Assembly (NCBI GenBank): GCA_049522975.1
Contig: JBEKNI010000012.1
Span: forward strand, 29,920 to 93,919
Reading direction: 5' to 3'
Origin: Terracidiphilus sp.
GTDB taxonomy: Bacteria; Acidobacteriota; Terriglobia; Terriglobales; Acidobacteriaceae
DNA: 64,000 bases
In this document: positions 27,392 through 37,517 of the stretch, in pieces
Position numbering within the stretch: position 1 is the first letter of the stretch
Layout of the letters: each line of letters begins with the position of its first letter
The notes under the pieces: generated by a model
Told to the model about the DNA's origin: nothing
Database searches by the model: none
The model's input: only the letters and a program-made list of their open reading frames with translations
Program-made: the position numbers and the translations under genes

Positions 27392-27466
27392 CTCCCCGGT
27401 CCCCAAAAGCGAGGGACCGGGGGCACCCATGACTTGTTAGAACGCTGTATGAGACCAAGCCCACCC
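27392..27466. repeat. 75-bp direct repeat of 24373-24447
   Basis: 65/75 identity, including the non-palindromic spacer ACGCTGTATGAGACCA. Confidence 0.85.
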
Positions 27467-27613
27467 GGCCCAGGTCTGACCATCCTCAAACTAGGCACCT
27501 AATGTCTTGACACTGATGGATGGATTTTTCGCTCCCGAGGCCAGAGGCGTAGAATCGCTGTTAGCGCGAATTCTGTGTCCGTCACGGCGCGTCGAAGTTT
27601 ACGGAGCATCCCT

Positions 27614-28669
27614 TTGTACATCGCCAGCGAACAGCGTTACGACACCATACAATACCGCCGCTCGGGCAAGAGCGGCCTGCGCCTGCCGGCCATCTCCCTC
27701 GGCCTCTGGCACAACTTCGGCGGCGTCGACGCCTTCGAGAACAGCCGCGCCATGGTCCGCCGGGCCTTCGATCTGGGCATCACCCACTTCGATCTGGCCA
27801 ACAACTACGGCCCTCCCCCCGGCAGTGCCGAGTCGAACTTCGGCGAGATTCTCCGCCTCGACCTCAAGCCGCACCGCGACGAGCTGATCGTCAGCACCAA
27901 GGCCGGCTATACCATGTGGGACGGCCCTTACGGCGACTGGGGATCGCGCAAGTACCTATTGGCGAGTCTGGATCAGAGCCTGAAGCGCATGGGCCTGGAG
28001 TACGTGGACATCTTCTACTCCCATCGCCCCGATCCGAATACCCCCATCGAGGAGACCATGGCCGCCCTCGATCAGGCGGTCCGCTCCGGCAAGGCCCTCT
28101 ACGCCGGCATCTCCAACTACGATCCGGCCCAGACCGCCGCCGCCGTCCGAACCCTGCGCATCTGCGGCACAACCTGCCTCATCCACCAGCCCAAGTACTC
28201 CATGTTCAATCGCTGGGTCGAGAATGGCCTGCTGGACGTGCTGGGCGAAGAGGGCGTCGGCGCCATAGCCTTCTGTCCGCTGGCCCAGGGCCTGCTCACC
28301 GACCGCTATCTGAAAGGCATCCCGGAGGGCTCGCGCGCCTCCAAGCCGCACGGCTTCCTCAAGAAGAACGACATCGACGAGCATCGCCTAATTCAGATTG
28401 GCGCATTGAACGAGATCGCCGCCGGGCGCGGCCAGTCGCTGGCGCAGATGGCCCTGGCCTGGGTGCTGCGCGACCCCCGGATGACTTCGGCCCTGATCGG
28501 GGCCAGCCGCGTCGAGCAGATCGAGCAGAATGTAGCCGCGCTCGCCAACCTCAGCTTCACCGCCGCGGAGTTGACCCGTATCGACGCGATTCTGAACCGC
28601 ACCGCCGACAATGCGGCCGCCGTAGCCGATGCGGGAGCACCAGCTACGGCGCAGTATCGTCTGGCTTAA
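27614..28669 (+). CDS. gpr: Aldo/keto reductase, L-glyceraldehyde 3-phosphate reductase type
   Basis: YRRSGKSGLRLPAISLGLWHNFG, FDLANNYGPPPGSAE, STKAGY; TTG start with GGAG RBS. Confidence 0.9.
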   Translation: MYIASEQRYDTIQYRRSGKSGLRLPAISLGLWHNFGGVDAFENSRAMVRRAFDLGITHFDLANNYGPPPGSAESNFGEILRLDLKPHRDELIVSTKAGYTMWDGPYGDWGSRKYLLASLDQSLKRMGLEYVDIFYSHRPDPNTPIEETMAALDQAVRSGKALYAGISNYDPAQTAAAVRTLRICGTTCLIHQPKYSMFNRWVENGLLDVLGEEGVGAIAFCPLAQGLLTDRYLKGIPEGSRASKPHGFLKKNDIDEHRLIQIGALNEIAAGRGQSLAQMALAWVLRDPRMTSALIGASRVEQIEQNVAALANLSFTAAELTRIDAILNRTADNAAAVADAGAPATAQYRLA

Positions 28670-28836
28670 CCTGGGATATTTATCGCTATAGTCCTTTATC
28701 GTCCTTTGCCTGTTACGGTACTCTGTGCTGTCTCAAAAAGATTAGGTCATACTACAGTGGCGCGGCAGCGGCGCGCTTCGCAGAGGAATGAAATCCGGCC
28801 GGCAAGCACCGGCAAGCCAGCAAAGGAGAAATCGCC

Positions 28837-29514
28837 ATGAGAAAGATCATTGCCGCTAACCACGTCACGCTCGACGGCATCATACAGTCGGGCGGAGGGC
28901 CGCGGGAGGATCCAAGAGGAGGCTTCACGCAAGGGGGTTGGCAAGTGCCATTCAGATCGCCGGATGGCTTCGCCGCGTTGCTTGAGATCATGTCCCGTGA
29001 GTTCGACCTGCTTTTGGGGCGCCGCACCTACGAGATGTTCGCGGCGCACTTTCCCTATGCCGGCGATCATCCCGTCGCGAACGCCTTCAACAAGGCAGCG
29101 AAATACGTCGTCACCAACAGCCTGGACAGATTCGACTGGGTGAACACACATCGCCTGAGCGGCGATGCCGTTGACCAGGTCCGCCGGCTGAAGGCATCCG
29201 ACGGACCTGAATTGCACATCGTGGGCAGCAGCGAACTGCTTCAGACCCTGATCGCCGCACAACTGATCGACGAGTTCCGCGTCTGGATCTACCCGGTCGT
29301 CCTCGGCAAGGGCAAGCGGCTCTTTGAAGAGGGCGTGCCGCCGCTTGCTCTCACCCTGGTGGAGTCGCGCCCCACATCCAAGGGCGTCCTCCTGAACACG
29401 TATCGCACGGTCGGCCCTTTCTCAACCGGATCGCCTCAACCCGACAATCCGTCTGAAGCGGAACTGACGCGCCGAAAGAAATTGGCGGCCGAGGATACGT
29501 CGGCTTCATCGTAG
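28837..29514 (+). CDS. Dihydrofolate reductase-like (RibD C-terminal family) protein
   Basis: VTLDGIIQ, LLGRRTYE, GSSELLQTL, LIDEFRVWIYPVVLGKGKRLF. Confidence 0.9.
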   Translation: MRKIIAANHVTLDGIIQSGGGPREDPRGGFTQGGWQVPFRSPDGFAALLEIMSREFDLLLGRRTYEMFAAHFPYAGDHPVANAFNKAAKYVVTNSLDRFDWVNTHRLSGDAVDQVRRLKASDGPELHIVGSSELLQTLIAAQLIDEFRVWIYPVVLGKGKRLFEEGVPPLALTLVESRPTSKGVLLNTYRTVGPFSTGSPQPDNPSEAELTRRKKLAAEDTSASS

Positions 29515-29713
29515 AGCGCGTGCGTCTGTTATTGGCCGGGCGCATCGCGGAATGACCGCTGCTGGACGAGGGAAGCTGCGGTTCATTGTCGCGCAATGGG
29601 TTCTTTACAATCCCAGCCCTCCCCTTCTTTTCGCGCACCTTGCGATAAGGGTGATGATCCGAAAAGGTATTTCCAGATGACTTATGAACATCAATGAAAG
29701 GAGAACAATCGCA

Positions 29714-30139
29714 ATGCGCCAAACATTTCTTTCACGATCAGTAGTTATCACCGTGCTATTTCTCATCGTGACGTCCACTTGTCGGGCAAACTGGATTTGT
29801 TGCGAGGGTGATGAATGGCTGAGATGGGATGCACAGACACGTAGTGTCTACGTTCGCGCATATACATGGGGCTATTCCGAAGGCTATACCAGCGGCTGCC
29901 ACAATGGCCTAGTAGCGTCCAAACCTGAAATGAACGGATCTTATACAATGGAGGCCTCAAAGCGGTGTTCCGAAAGCGCGTCGGTCACGAGTCGAGATTC
30001 GTCCCATTTCGCCGACCGGATCACGGAGTTTTATCAAAAATATCCGCAACAGAGGTTTTTGAGAATATCAGATATTCTCTTAGGTTTGTATGCGGGGAAG
30101 ACGCTTGAAGAAATACATAACAGCTTTCCGAAGAAATAA
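29714..30139 (+). CDS. Hypothetical exported protein
   Basis: AGGAG RBS, signal peptide, low GC. Confidence 0.65.
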   Translation: MRQTFLSRSVVITVLFLIVTSTCRANWICCEGDEWLRWDAQTRSVYVRAYTWGYSEGYTSGCHNGLVASKPEMNGSYTMEASKRCSESASVTSRDSSHFADRITEFYQKYPQQRFLRISDILLGLYAGKTLEEIHNSFPKK

Positions 30140-30231
30140 AATGCATCGGCCCAACAGCAGAATGCAACCCAAAACAATGTGCCGCCCGGCAAGGTATACT
30201 TTTCCCGGCGGCACTTCAAGGAGGCGCGCAC

Positions 30232-31455
30232 ATGCAAGACCTGCGGCAGAAAGTGGAAACGGAGTTGCTCTCCGACATCCTGCCCTTCTGGCTCAAATAC
30301 TCCATCGACGACGAATTCGGAGGCTTTCGCGGCCAGATCACCAACGACCTGGTCATCAATCCACACGCCAACAAGGGGCTGATCCTCAACGCCCGCATCC
30401 TGTGGACCTTTTCCAAGGCCTTCCGCGTCTACCGCGCCCCAATCTATCTGGCCACCGCCCGCCGCGCCTACGATTACCTCACCCGCTACTTCTGGGATGC
30501 GGAGTTTGGCGGCGTCTACTGGATGCTCGATTACCTCGGCAAACCCCACGACACCAAGAAGCGCATCTACGGGCAGGCCTTCACCGTCTACTCGCTGGCC
30601 GAGTACTACCACGCCAGCGGCGACGCCGATGCGCTGGAAAAGGCCTTGCGCATGGTTCGCTCCATCGAGTCCTCGGCCCACGATGCCGCGCGCGGCGGCT
30701 ACTTCGAGACCTACGAGCGCGACTGGACCTTGGCCCTGGACCAGCGCCTCAGCGCAGTGGACATGGACGAAAAGAAGTCCATGAACACTCACCTCCATCT
30801 GCTGGAGGCCTACGCCACGCTGCTGCGCTTCCATGAAGACCCCACCGTCCGCCTGCGCCTCCGCGAGATGATCGAGATCTTTCTCGGCCGCATCATCAAC
30901 TCCGCCACCAGCCACTTCATTCTCTTCTTCGACGAAGAGTGGCATCCGCGCTCCGGCAAAATCTCCTTCGGCCACGACATCGAGGGAAGCTGGCTCCTCT
31001 GCGAGGCCGCGGAGATCCTCGGCGACCCCGCCCTCCTGGCGCGCGTCCGCCAGATCGCGGTCAAGATGGCCGAGGCCGTCTACGAGCAGGGCCTCGACAG
31101 CGACGGCGGCCTGCTCTACGAAGCCGACCCCACCGGCATCATCGACAGCGACAAGCATTGGTGGCCGCAGGCCGAGGCCGTCGTCGGCTTCCTCAACACC
31201 TACCAGTTGACCGGCCAGCAGCGCTTTCTCGATGCCGCGGAAAAAAGCTGGGCCTTCATCGACAAATTCATCATCGATCACAAGCATGGAGAATGGTTCT
31301 GGCGCGTCTCCAAGGCCGGTGTGCCCAGCACGGAGCAATACAAAGTCGATCCCTGGAAGTGTCCCTACCACAACGGACGCGCCTGCTTTGAGGTGATGGA
31401 GCGGCTCGACGCCGCCAAGGCCTCTCAAACTGGTAGGTCGGGGCTTCAGCCCTGA
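30232..31455 (+). CDS. Cellobiose 2-epimerase (AGE family)
   Basis: ILNARILWTFS, KSMNTHLHLLEAY, SFGHDIEGSWLL, WWPQAE, WKCPYHNGRAC. Confidence 0.93.
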   Translation: MQDLRQKVETELLSDILPFWLKYSIDDEFGGFRGQITNDLVINPHANKGLILNARILWTFSKAFRVYRAPIYLATARRAYDYLTRYFWDAEFGGVYWMLDYLGKPHDTKKRIYGQAFTVYSLAEYYHASGDADALEKALRMVRSIESSAHDAARGGYFETYERDWTLALDQRLSAVDMDEKKSMNTHLHLLEAYATLLRFHEDPTVRLRLREMIEIFLGRIINSATSHFILFFDEEWHPRSGKISFGHDIEGSWLLCEAAEILGDPALLARVRQIAVKMAEAVYEQGLDSDGGLLYEADPTGIIDSDKHWWPQAEAVVGFLNTYQLTGQQRFLDAAEKSWAFIDKFIIDHKHGEWFWRVSKAGVPSTEQYKVDPWKCPYHNGRACFEVMERLDAAKASQTGRSGLQP

Positions 31456-31518
31456 CATCGAGGCCAGCAGTAACAGCAGGGCTTTCTTGATTGCTGCGTA
31501 AGGAATGCCCTGGTAGCC

Positions 31519-31610
31519 GCGCCGGAGGCGCAGTGTTAGTTAGCCCCGCGCTTAAGCGTGGGGAAAGAGGATTCCACACGGGAGCTCCGGAGTCCCGTAG
31601 GGACGGTGCA
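31519..31610. repeat. Second solo copy of the tnpA-flanking REP doublet
   Basis: GCGCCGGAGGCGCA..CCCCGCGCTTAAGCGTGGGG..GGAGTCCCGTAGGGACGGTGCA. Confidence 0.9.
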
Positions 31611-31721
31611 GGACATTTCTTTTTGCAGGACTCAATAGCCCCCGAGATACGCTTTTAGGAACTTCCGAAACATCACGACCAAGCCGGAGAACCCGGCCGT
31701 CAAAACCAACGGAGAAGACCG

Positions 31722-32975
31722 ATGACTGAAGCTCAATTCAAAAAAGCTGTGCAGAATCTCTTCAAGCAGCAGGAAAAGCTGCTTGCCCAACGCAACCGCA
31801 TCGCCCCAGGCGGCAACGGCGTCTACGACCGCTACAAGAATCCCGTGCTCACCGCCGCCCACGCGCCCATCTTGTGGCGTTACGACCTCAACCAGAAGAC
31901 CAATCCCTTCCTGTTGGAGCGCATCGGCATCAACTGCACCTTCAACGCCGGCGCAATTCTGCACGAAGGCAAATTCCTAGTTGCGGCGCGCGTCGAGGGC
32001 GTGGACCGCAAGTCCTTCTTCGCCATCGCCGAAAGCCCCAACGGCATCGACAACTTCCGCTTCTGGGATTACCCCATCCTCATGCCGGAGACCGCCGATC
32101 CCGACATCAACGTCTACGACATCCGCCTGGTCAAACACGAGGACGGCTGGATCTACGGCCTCTTCTGCACCGAACGCAAGGACCCCAAGACTCCCGAGTG
32201 GGACACCTCATCGGCCGTCGCGGCCTGCGGCATCGCGCGCACCAAAGACTTAAAGACCTGGGAGCGCCTCGCCGACCTCAAATCCAAGTCTCCGCAGCAG
32301 CGCAACGTCGTGTTGCATCCCGAATTCGTCGATGGCAAATACGCCTTCTACACCCGCCCGCAGGACGACTTCATCCTGGCCGGCAAGGGCGGCGGCATCG
32401 GCTGGGGACTCTCGGAGAGCATCGAGAACGCCGTCGTCGACGAGGAGATCATCCTCGACAACCGCGAGTACCACACCATCCAGGAGGTCAAGAACGGCCT
32501 CGGCCCGGCGCCCATCAAGACCGCCAAGGGCTGGCTGCACTTGGCCCATGGCGTCCGTAACACAGCCGCCGGCCTTCGCTACGTCCTCTATCTTCTGCTT
32601 ACCGACCTGAAGCAGCCCTGGGTCGTCACCCACAAGCCGGCCGGCTACTTCATCGCGCCGCAGGGCGACGAGCGCGTCGGCGATGTCTCCAACGTGGTCT
32701 TCAGCAACGGCTGGATCGAGCGCAAGAACGGCGATGTCCTGATCTACTACGCCTCCTCCGACACGCGCCTGCACGTAGCCACCAGCACCGTTGATAAGCT
32801 GCTGGATTACGTTGTGAACACGCCGCCCGATCCGCTGCGCAGTTATGCCTGCGTCGAACAGCGCTGCGAACTCATCAAGAAGAACCTCAAGCTGCTCGAC
32901 AAGAAGAAGGCCCCCGTCGCCAAGCCGCGCAAAGCCAAGAAAGCCGCCAAGCCAGCCAAGGTGAAGAAGAAGTAA
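31722..32975 (+). CDS. mgp: 4-O-beta-D-mannosyl-D-glucose phosphorylase (GH130)
   Basis: [50 protein letters not shown]; follows the epimerase. Confidence 0.92.
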   Translation: MTEAQFKKAVQNLFKQQEKLLAQRNRIAPGGNGVYDRYKNPVLTAAHAPILWRYDLNQKTNPFLLERIGINCTFNAGAILHEGKFLVAARVEGVDRKSFFAIAESPNGIDNFRFWDYPILMPETADPDINVYDIRLVKHEDGWIYGLFCTERKDPKTPEWDTSSAVAACGIARTKDLKTWERLADLKSKSPQQRNVVLHPEFVDGKYAFYTRPQDDFILAGKGGGIGWGLSESIENAVVDEEIILDNREYHTIQEVKNGLGPAPIKTAKGWLHLAHGVRNTAAGLRYVLYLLLTDLKQPWVVTHKPAGYFIAPQGDERVGDVSNVVFSNGWIERKNGDVLIYYASSDTRLHVATSTVDKLLDYVVNTPPDPLRSYACVEQRCELIKKNLKLLDKKKAPVAKPRKAKKAAKPAKVKKK

Positions 32976-33017
32976 GCATCAACAGCCTTAAATCCTTTTC
33001 ACCGTTTCTACACTGTG

Positions 33018-33177
33018 GGTGCCCCAGGTCCCTCGCATTTGGGGACCTGGGAGTCCACGAACCTTGGGTGCCCCGCCTTCGCCGCGTTCCTGTTTTTTGC
33101 GGCGAAGGCGGGGCACCCATATCGATAGTTTCTTATAGCTTGCCATCCTGAGCGGAGAGCAGCGGAGTCGAAGGACC
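33018..33177. repeat. Composite cluster of family B and family A REP hairpins
   Basis: Three adjacent palindromes after the mgp stop. Confidence 0.75.
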
Positions 33178-33303
33178 TTAGTTCGCTTTTCGTCGTCCTG
33201 GGAGGTCACGGCGCCAGCACTCCGGTGTTATACTCGCTTCCATTAAGCGTTCGTTCTGCTACCTTCAGTTCATGCCCCGAGATGAGGAAGGCGAGTCAGG
33301 CTT

Positions 33304-34566
33304 ATGGAACGAATCGAGAAGACGGTTTTCATCAGCTACCGCCGCACCAACATACCCTGGGCGCTCGCCATCTTCCAAAACCTCCATCAAAACGGGTATG
33401 ACGTCTTCTTCGACTACAGCGGAATCGCCAGCGGCGACTTTGAGCAGGTCATCCTCGGCAACATCACGGCGCGGGCGCATTTCCTCGTCCTGCTCACCCC
33501 CTCCGCCTTGGATCATTGCGGTGAGCCGGGAGATTGGCTGCGCCGCCAGATCGAAACGGCTCTCGACAGCCGGCGCAACATCGTGCCGCTGATGCTGGAG
33601 AGCTTCGACTTTGGCTCGCCCAAGATCGCCGGCCAGCTCTCCGGCAAGCTGGCCGCGCTCAAGCAATACAACGGGCTGAGCATTCCGCCCGATTACTTTC
33701 TGGAGGCCATGAGGCGCCTGCGCGAGAGGTTCCTGAATCTCCCGGTGAAGGCAGTGCTGCATCCAGCGTCGCCGCCCGCGCGGCGAGCGGCTGCGAAACA
33801 GAAAGCCGCGGCCGCCGCGGCCCCGCCGGTCAAAGAAAAGGAATTGACGGCGCAGCAATGGTATGAGCGGGGCCTTGTTGCCACAGATATTGATGAAAGA
33901 CTCCGTTTCTATGGCGAGGCAATTCGCCTCAAACCAGACTACGTGGAAGCGCTTCTTTGGCGGGGCGTTGCGCTTCACACACTAAAGGGCGACACGGAGG
34001 GCGCCGTCGAACATTACAACGAGGCAATCCGCCTCAAGCCGGACTTTGCGGAAGCGTTTCAATCCCGGGGAATCGCGCGCACCGACAAAGACGATCTTGA
34101 AGGAGCACTTAAGGACTACAACGAGGCCATCCGGCTCAAGCCTGGACTTGCGGAAGCATTTGTCTGCCGAGGCAACGCGGTCAAAACGCTAGGCGATCTT
34201 GAAGGTGCACTTAAGAACTACAACCAGGCCATCCGGCTCAAGCCTGGACTTGCGGAAGCATTTGTCTGTCGAGGCAACACGGTCAAAGCGCTCGGCGATC
34301 TTGATGGGGCCCTCAAGGATTATAACGAGGCGATTCGTCTTAAGCCGCATCTTGGCGAGGGCTTTATTTGCAGGGCCATTTTGCTCCAAGGTCAAGGCGA
34401 CCTTGAAGGAGCGCTCAGCGATTACGATGAGGCCATCCGGCTCAAACCAGACCTCGCGGCTGCCTTCCAATACCGGGCTACTACGCGCGACGCCATGGGC
34501 GACAAAGATGGCGCGCGCACTGATTACTATGAAGCAACGCGGCTTGGGTATAAACCAAAAGCTTAA
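33304..34566 (+). CDS. TIR domain plus TPR-repeat protein
   Basis: VFISYRR..GYDVFFD TIR N-terminus; about 7 TPRs of pattern GA..DYNEAIRLKP. Confidence 0.92.
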   Translation: MERIEKTVFISYRRTNIPWALAIFQNLHQNGYDVFFDYSGIASGDFEQVILGNITARAHFLVLLTPSALDHCGEPGDWLRRQIETALDSRRNIVPLMLESFDFGSPKIAGQLSGKLAALKQYNGLSIPPDYFLEAMRRLRERFLNLPVKAVLHPASPPARRAAAKQKAAAAAAPPVKEKELTAQQWYERGLVATDIDERLRFYGEAIRLKPDYVEALLWRGVALHTLKGDTEGAVEHYNEAIRLKPDFAEAFQSRGIARTDKDDLEGALKDYNEAIRLKPGLAEAFVCRGNAVKTLGDLEGALKNYNQAIRLKPGLAEAFVCRGNTVKALGDLDGALKDYNEAIRLKPHLGEGFICRAILLQGQGDLEGALSDYDEAIRLKPDLAAAFQYRATTRDAMGDKDGARTDYYEATRLGYKPKA

Positions 34567-34702
34567 TTACGGACCCTTTCGCGGGTGCCGGTCGCCCCAG
34601 CTCCCGATTCTGCGACCTGGGATTCCACCTGGGGGATCGAGCCGGCCCCGCAAGGGACCGGCTCGAAGGGGGAAGGAATCGTCGCATCGCAGTCTGCTTG
34701 AT

Positions 34703-35737
34703 TCAATAGATCGTTACGCTCTGCGTCGGTGATTGGCTGGCTGAGAATCCTATTGATGGGATGTATTCCGCGTAGATCGAAATTGTCCCCGCGGAGAACG
34801 GAGCAAAGGCTTGGGAATATGCAATACCGCCGCTCAACGCGGCATAATATTGCGCAACACCATTGATGTAGAACGCAACCAGGCCTCCCGGCTCAACTGA
34901 ACCGCTTTCCGGACTCACCAGGGCATAGAGATAGTAGGACTCGCCAGGATTCAGCGGACCTCCCGGAGAGATGAATAGCGCTGTGGTTGTGGCGACATTC
35001 GGGTTGATAACGACGTTTATACCGATGCTTGCACAGCTTCCGGAGAATGCAGACGTTGACGGCGTGTAGCATGCCGTGATCGTGAAGCCTCCCGCCGTTC
35101 CCGGAGCCGTTCCCGAGTAAGTGGCAGTGCCGTTTGCCAACTGCACCGTTTGCTGAATTCCGGGACCGGTGAAGGTCACACTCCCTGTTGGCGTGGTGCT
35201 GCCGCTTGTAGGAGCCACCATGGCAATGACGTTGTAGCTCTCGTCAGTATCCAGTGAACCGCTTGGACTTTGGTACAGAGTTGTTGTTGTTGAAACAGAA
35301 CTGACATTGGGCGTGCATGAGAGGTACGCCCCTAGTGAACCCCCGGATGATGTTGCCGTGAGGCTGCACGTGTATCCTGCCTCGAGGTTTGGAAGTGGAT
35401 AAGTTTCGGTAGTCGAGGAGTCGGTGCACATTGGATCTCCATATTGAGAACCGGCTCCATTGCTAGTGCTGTTGGTTACATAGGACAAGGATGTTGGTCC
35501 GTTTAAAGGAATGGGGGTGCCTCCGCCCGCGGGTGTATAGGTGCTGACGTTGTAGGAACCTACATCGCTCCATACCTGAAGAAAACATTCTTCATAAGTA
35601 GGTCCGATGCTGGTGTATTGCAAAGTTCCGCCGCCGGAGACGGAGATGCTTGACTGCGCCGCGGCCAGGCCGGTGGCGAGCACGATGAGTACAATCAGAC
35701 ACGCAAGTTTGCGTGCAGGGGAGCTAAGAGTAACCAT
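34703..35737 (-). CDS. Exported protein with two C-terminal Ig-like (Big_3_5-type) domains
   Basis: GGAGG RBS at 35737, signal peptide, TTPTGSVTF..LANGTATY Ig pattern. Confidence 0.8.
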   Translation of the reverse strand: MVTLSSPARKLACLIVLIVLATGLAAAQSSISVSGGGTLQYTSIGPTYEECFLQVWSDVGSYNVSTYTPAGGGTPIPLNGPTSLSYVTNSTSNGAGSQYGDPMCTDSSTTETYPLPNLEAGYTCSLTATSSGGSLGAYLSCTPNVSSVSTTTTLYQSPSGSLDTDESYNVIAMVAPTSGSTTPTGSVTFTGPGIQQTVQLANGTATYSGTAPGTAGGFTITACYTPSTSAFSGSCASIGINVVINPNVATTTALFISPGGPLNPGESYYLYALVSPESGSVEPGGLVAFYINGVAQYYAALSGGIAYSQAFAPFSAGTISIYAEYIPSIGFSASQSPTQSVTIY

Positions 35738-36233
35738 TGAAAATCCTCCATGAATGACCGTAGTTTGTGTTTGTTGTTGGTTGCGCACGTTTTCAGTGGG
35801 ACAAAACGCGCAATTTTTCAACCATCGAAACTATAAATGCCCTAAATCCGGAGAGTCAAATGAATAAATGGGCAAAATTTGTGACTATTGTGCATAAATA
35901 TTTGCTCTAAAGAGTGAGTTTATATATTACTTTAGTCATCATACTATTTGGCTGTATGTTTTCGGCCGGGGCCTCAGGTCCCGATTCAGCGACCTGGGAT
36001 TCCACCAACCCCAACACCGGCCGGCTATGGAAGGGCGCAGCTTCAGCCGCGCCGTAGATCGCCCAAAAAACGAAGCCGGGATCTACGGCTTGGGGAACCA
36101 CTCGTTTCGGAGGGGGCAGGAGGTTTAACCCTCGCATGAAGCCAACAATTAAATCGCCTCTGTATCAGGACACGACTGCTAGGGCCTTAGCCCCTGAGGC
36201 AGCGCCTGATATGCAGCCAAACTCAATCAGAGG

Positions 36234-37517
36234 CTAGAGTATGTCCTTCAACTTGAGCCTGATCTGCTGTGACGAGTTATGGCGCTGGATGGTAAGGGTA
36301 ACGACGGTCCCGGCGGGTTGGAGGAATGCGGGGTCAGCGCAGTACCAGTTGTATTGGAGTGGGCGGTTGTCGATCGAAAGAATGTGGTCCCCCACTTTGA
36401 TACGCGCCTTGCTGGCCGGGCTGCGGGGATAGACCCCATCTACAATGAGCGCGCTTCCGCTATCGGCCGGGCTCAACATAAGTCCAGTCTGGTTGTAGAC
36501 TGTCGGCGGGTCCCAGTGAGAGGTCTTCTCAAGGAAGATGGCCCGGTGCCGCCAATCGATCGTGAACGTGAACCTTCTTAGAACTGCATTGCCGATTGTG
36601 CCGGCAAATTGGCTTTGGTCGCCACTATCGTAGAATTCGCCGACGATCTCAGGCACGCACGCTGCGCCGAGACATAGGGTCTTGATGCGGTCAAGCTTGG
36701 CGGGGGGAGCATCGCCGCCAGCTCCTCCGGAAAACACCCCGTGGTAGTAGTAGTGAAATAGATGCTGCGGAAGATGGTACCGCTGCGCGAACCAGTGGTT
36801 GATGCCGATACCAATGTTGTCGGTGCCTCCGGTATCGAGGACGAAATCCCCCGGAATCTTGCCGATGCTGCCATGAACCGCAAGCCCCCGGCCATCCGGC
36901 AGCAGTTCGAGTTTCTCTCCAATTCCGTTGTAGACGAACCGGGCAGGATCGTAGAAAGTGAGCTGATGGTGCTCATTGTCCGCTTTGACAATCAGACGGA
37001 TCATCAGCTCGTAGCCCACCGCTCCGACGATGCCTGTGTTCGGCAGAGGCATGGGGATGGAGTAGAAGGTCTGACCGGTGAGCGTGAGATCTCCGATGCG
37101 AAGCTCATCGGCGCGATAAGGCTTGGCTTCGAGTTTGCCGCCGATGCCCCACATCTCCGCCTTATCGCCGCTAGGAGTCAAGCCAAGTTGTGCGATCACT
37201 TCGGGGTTCAGGACATTGACGGCTGCGCCAGTATCGAAAAAAAGCTTGAAAGGTCCCTTGCCGTTGATCGTTGCTTCAATGATGCTCTGCTCGCTGAGGG
37301 CAATGGTGGTTTGCCCTGAGGAACCGAAGTGGAAGTCGCGCGGGGTGGATTGACAAAAAGCAGAGGGAGAAAAGAGCACCACAAGGAGCGGGCTGATCGC
37401 GAAACGAAAGGGGGCGCGTATTTGCACGTTGGCCGGCTCCAGAATCCGGCATTTGAGCGCCATTCTATCAAAGGCAGCTGGCCCGTTCATCCGCCCCGAA
37501 GAATCACTATGAGCCAT
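36234..37517 (-). CDS. Twin retropepsin-like aspartyl protease with C-terminal PDZ domain
   Basis: FFDTGA and VLDTGG motifs, GTIGNAVLRRF, SPASKARIKVGDHILSID; start uncertain. Confidence 0.85.
   Translation of the reverse strand: MAHSDSSGRMNGPAAFDRMALKCRILEPANVQIRAPFRFAISPLLVVLFSPSAFCQSTPRDFHFGSSGQTTIALSEQSIIEATINGKGPFKLFFDTGAAVNVLNPEVIAQLGLTPSGDKAEMWGIGGKLEAKPYRADELRIGDLTLTGQTFYSIPMPLPNTGIVGAVGYELMIRLIVKADNEHHQLTFYDPARFVYNGIGEKLELLPDGRGLAVHGSIGKIPGDFVLDTGGTDNIGIGINHWFAQRYHLPQHLFHYYYHGVFSGGAGGDAPPAKLDRIKTLCLGAACVPEIVGEFYDSGDQSQFAGTIGNAVLRRFTFTIDWRHRAIFLEKTSHWDPPTVYNQTGLMLSPADSGSALIVDGVYPRSPASKARIKVGDHILSIDNRPLQYNWYCADPAFLQPAGTVVTLTIQRHNSSQQIRLKLKDIL

Noticed and set aside
24220-27466. Repeats separating small genes as a CRISPR array or integron cassette array
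   Set aside because: Spacing is irregular and orientation mixed; no cas genes, no attC RYYYAAC/GTTRRRY cores and no integrase; the same repeats occur in ordinary intergenic sites
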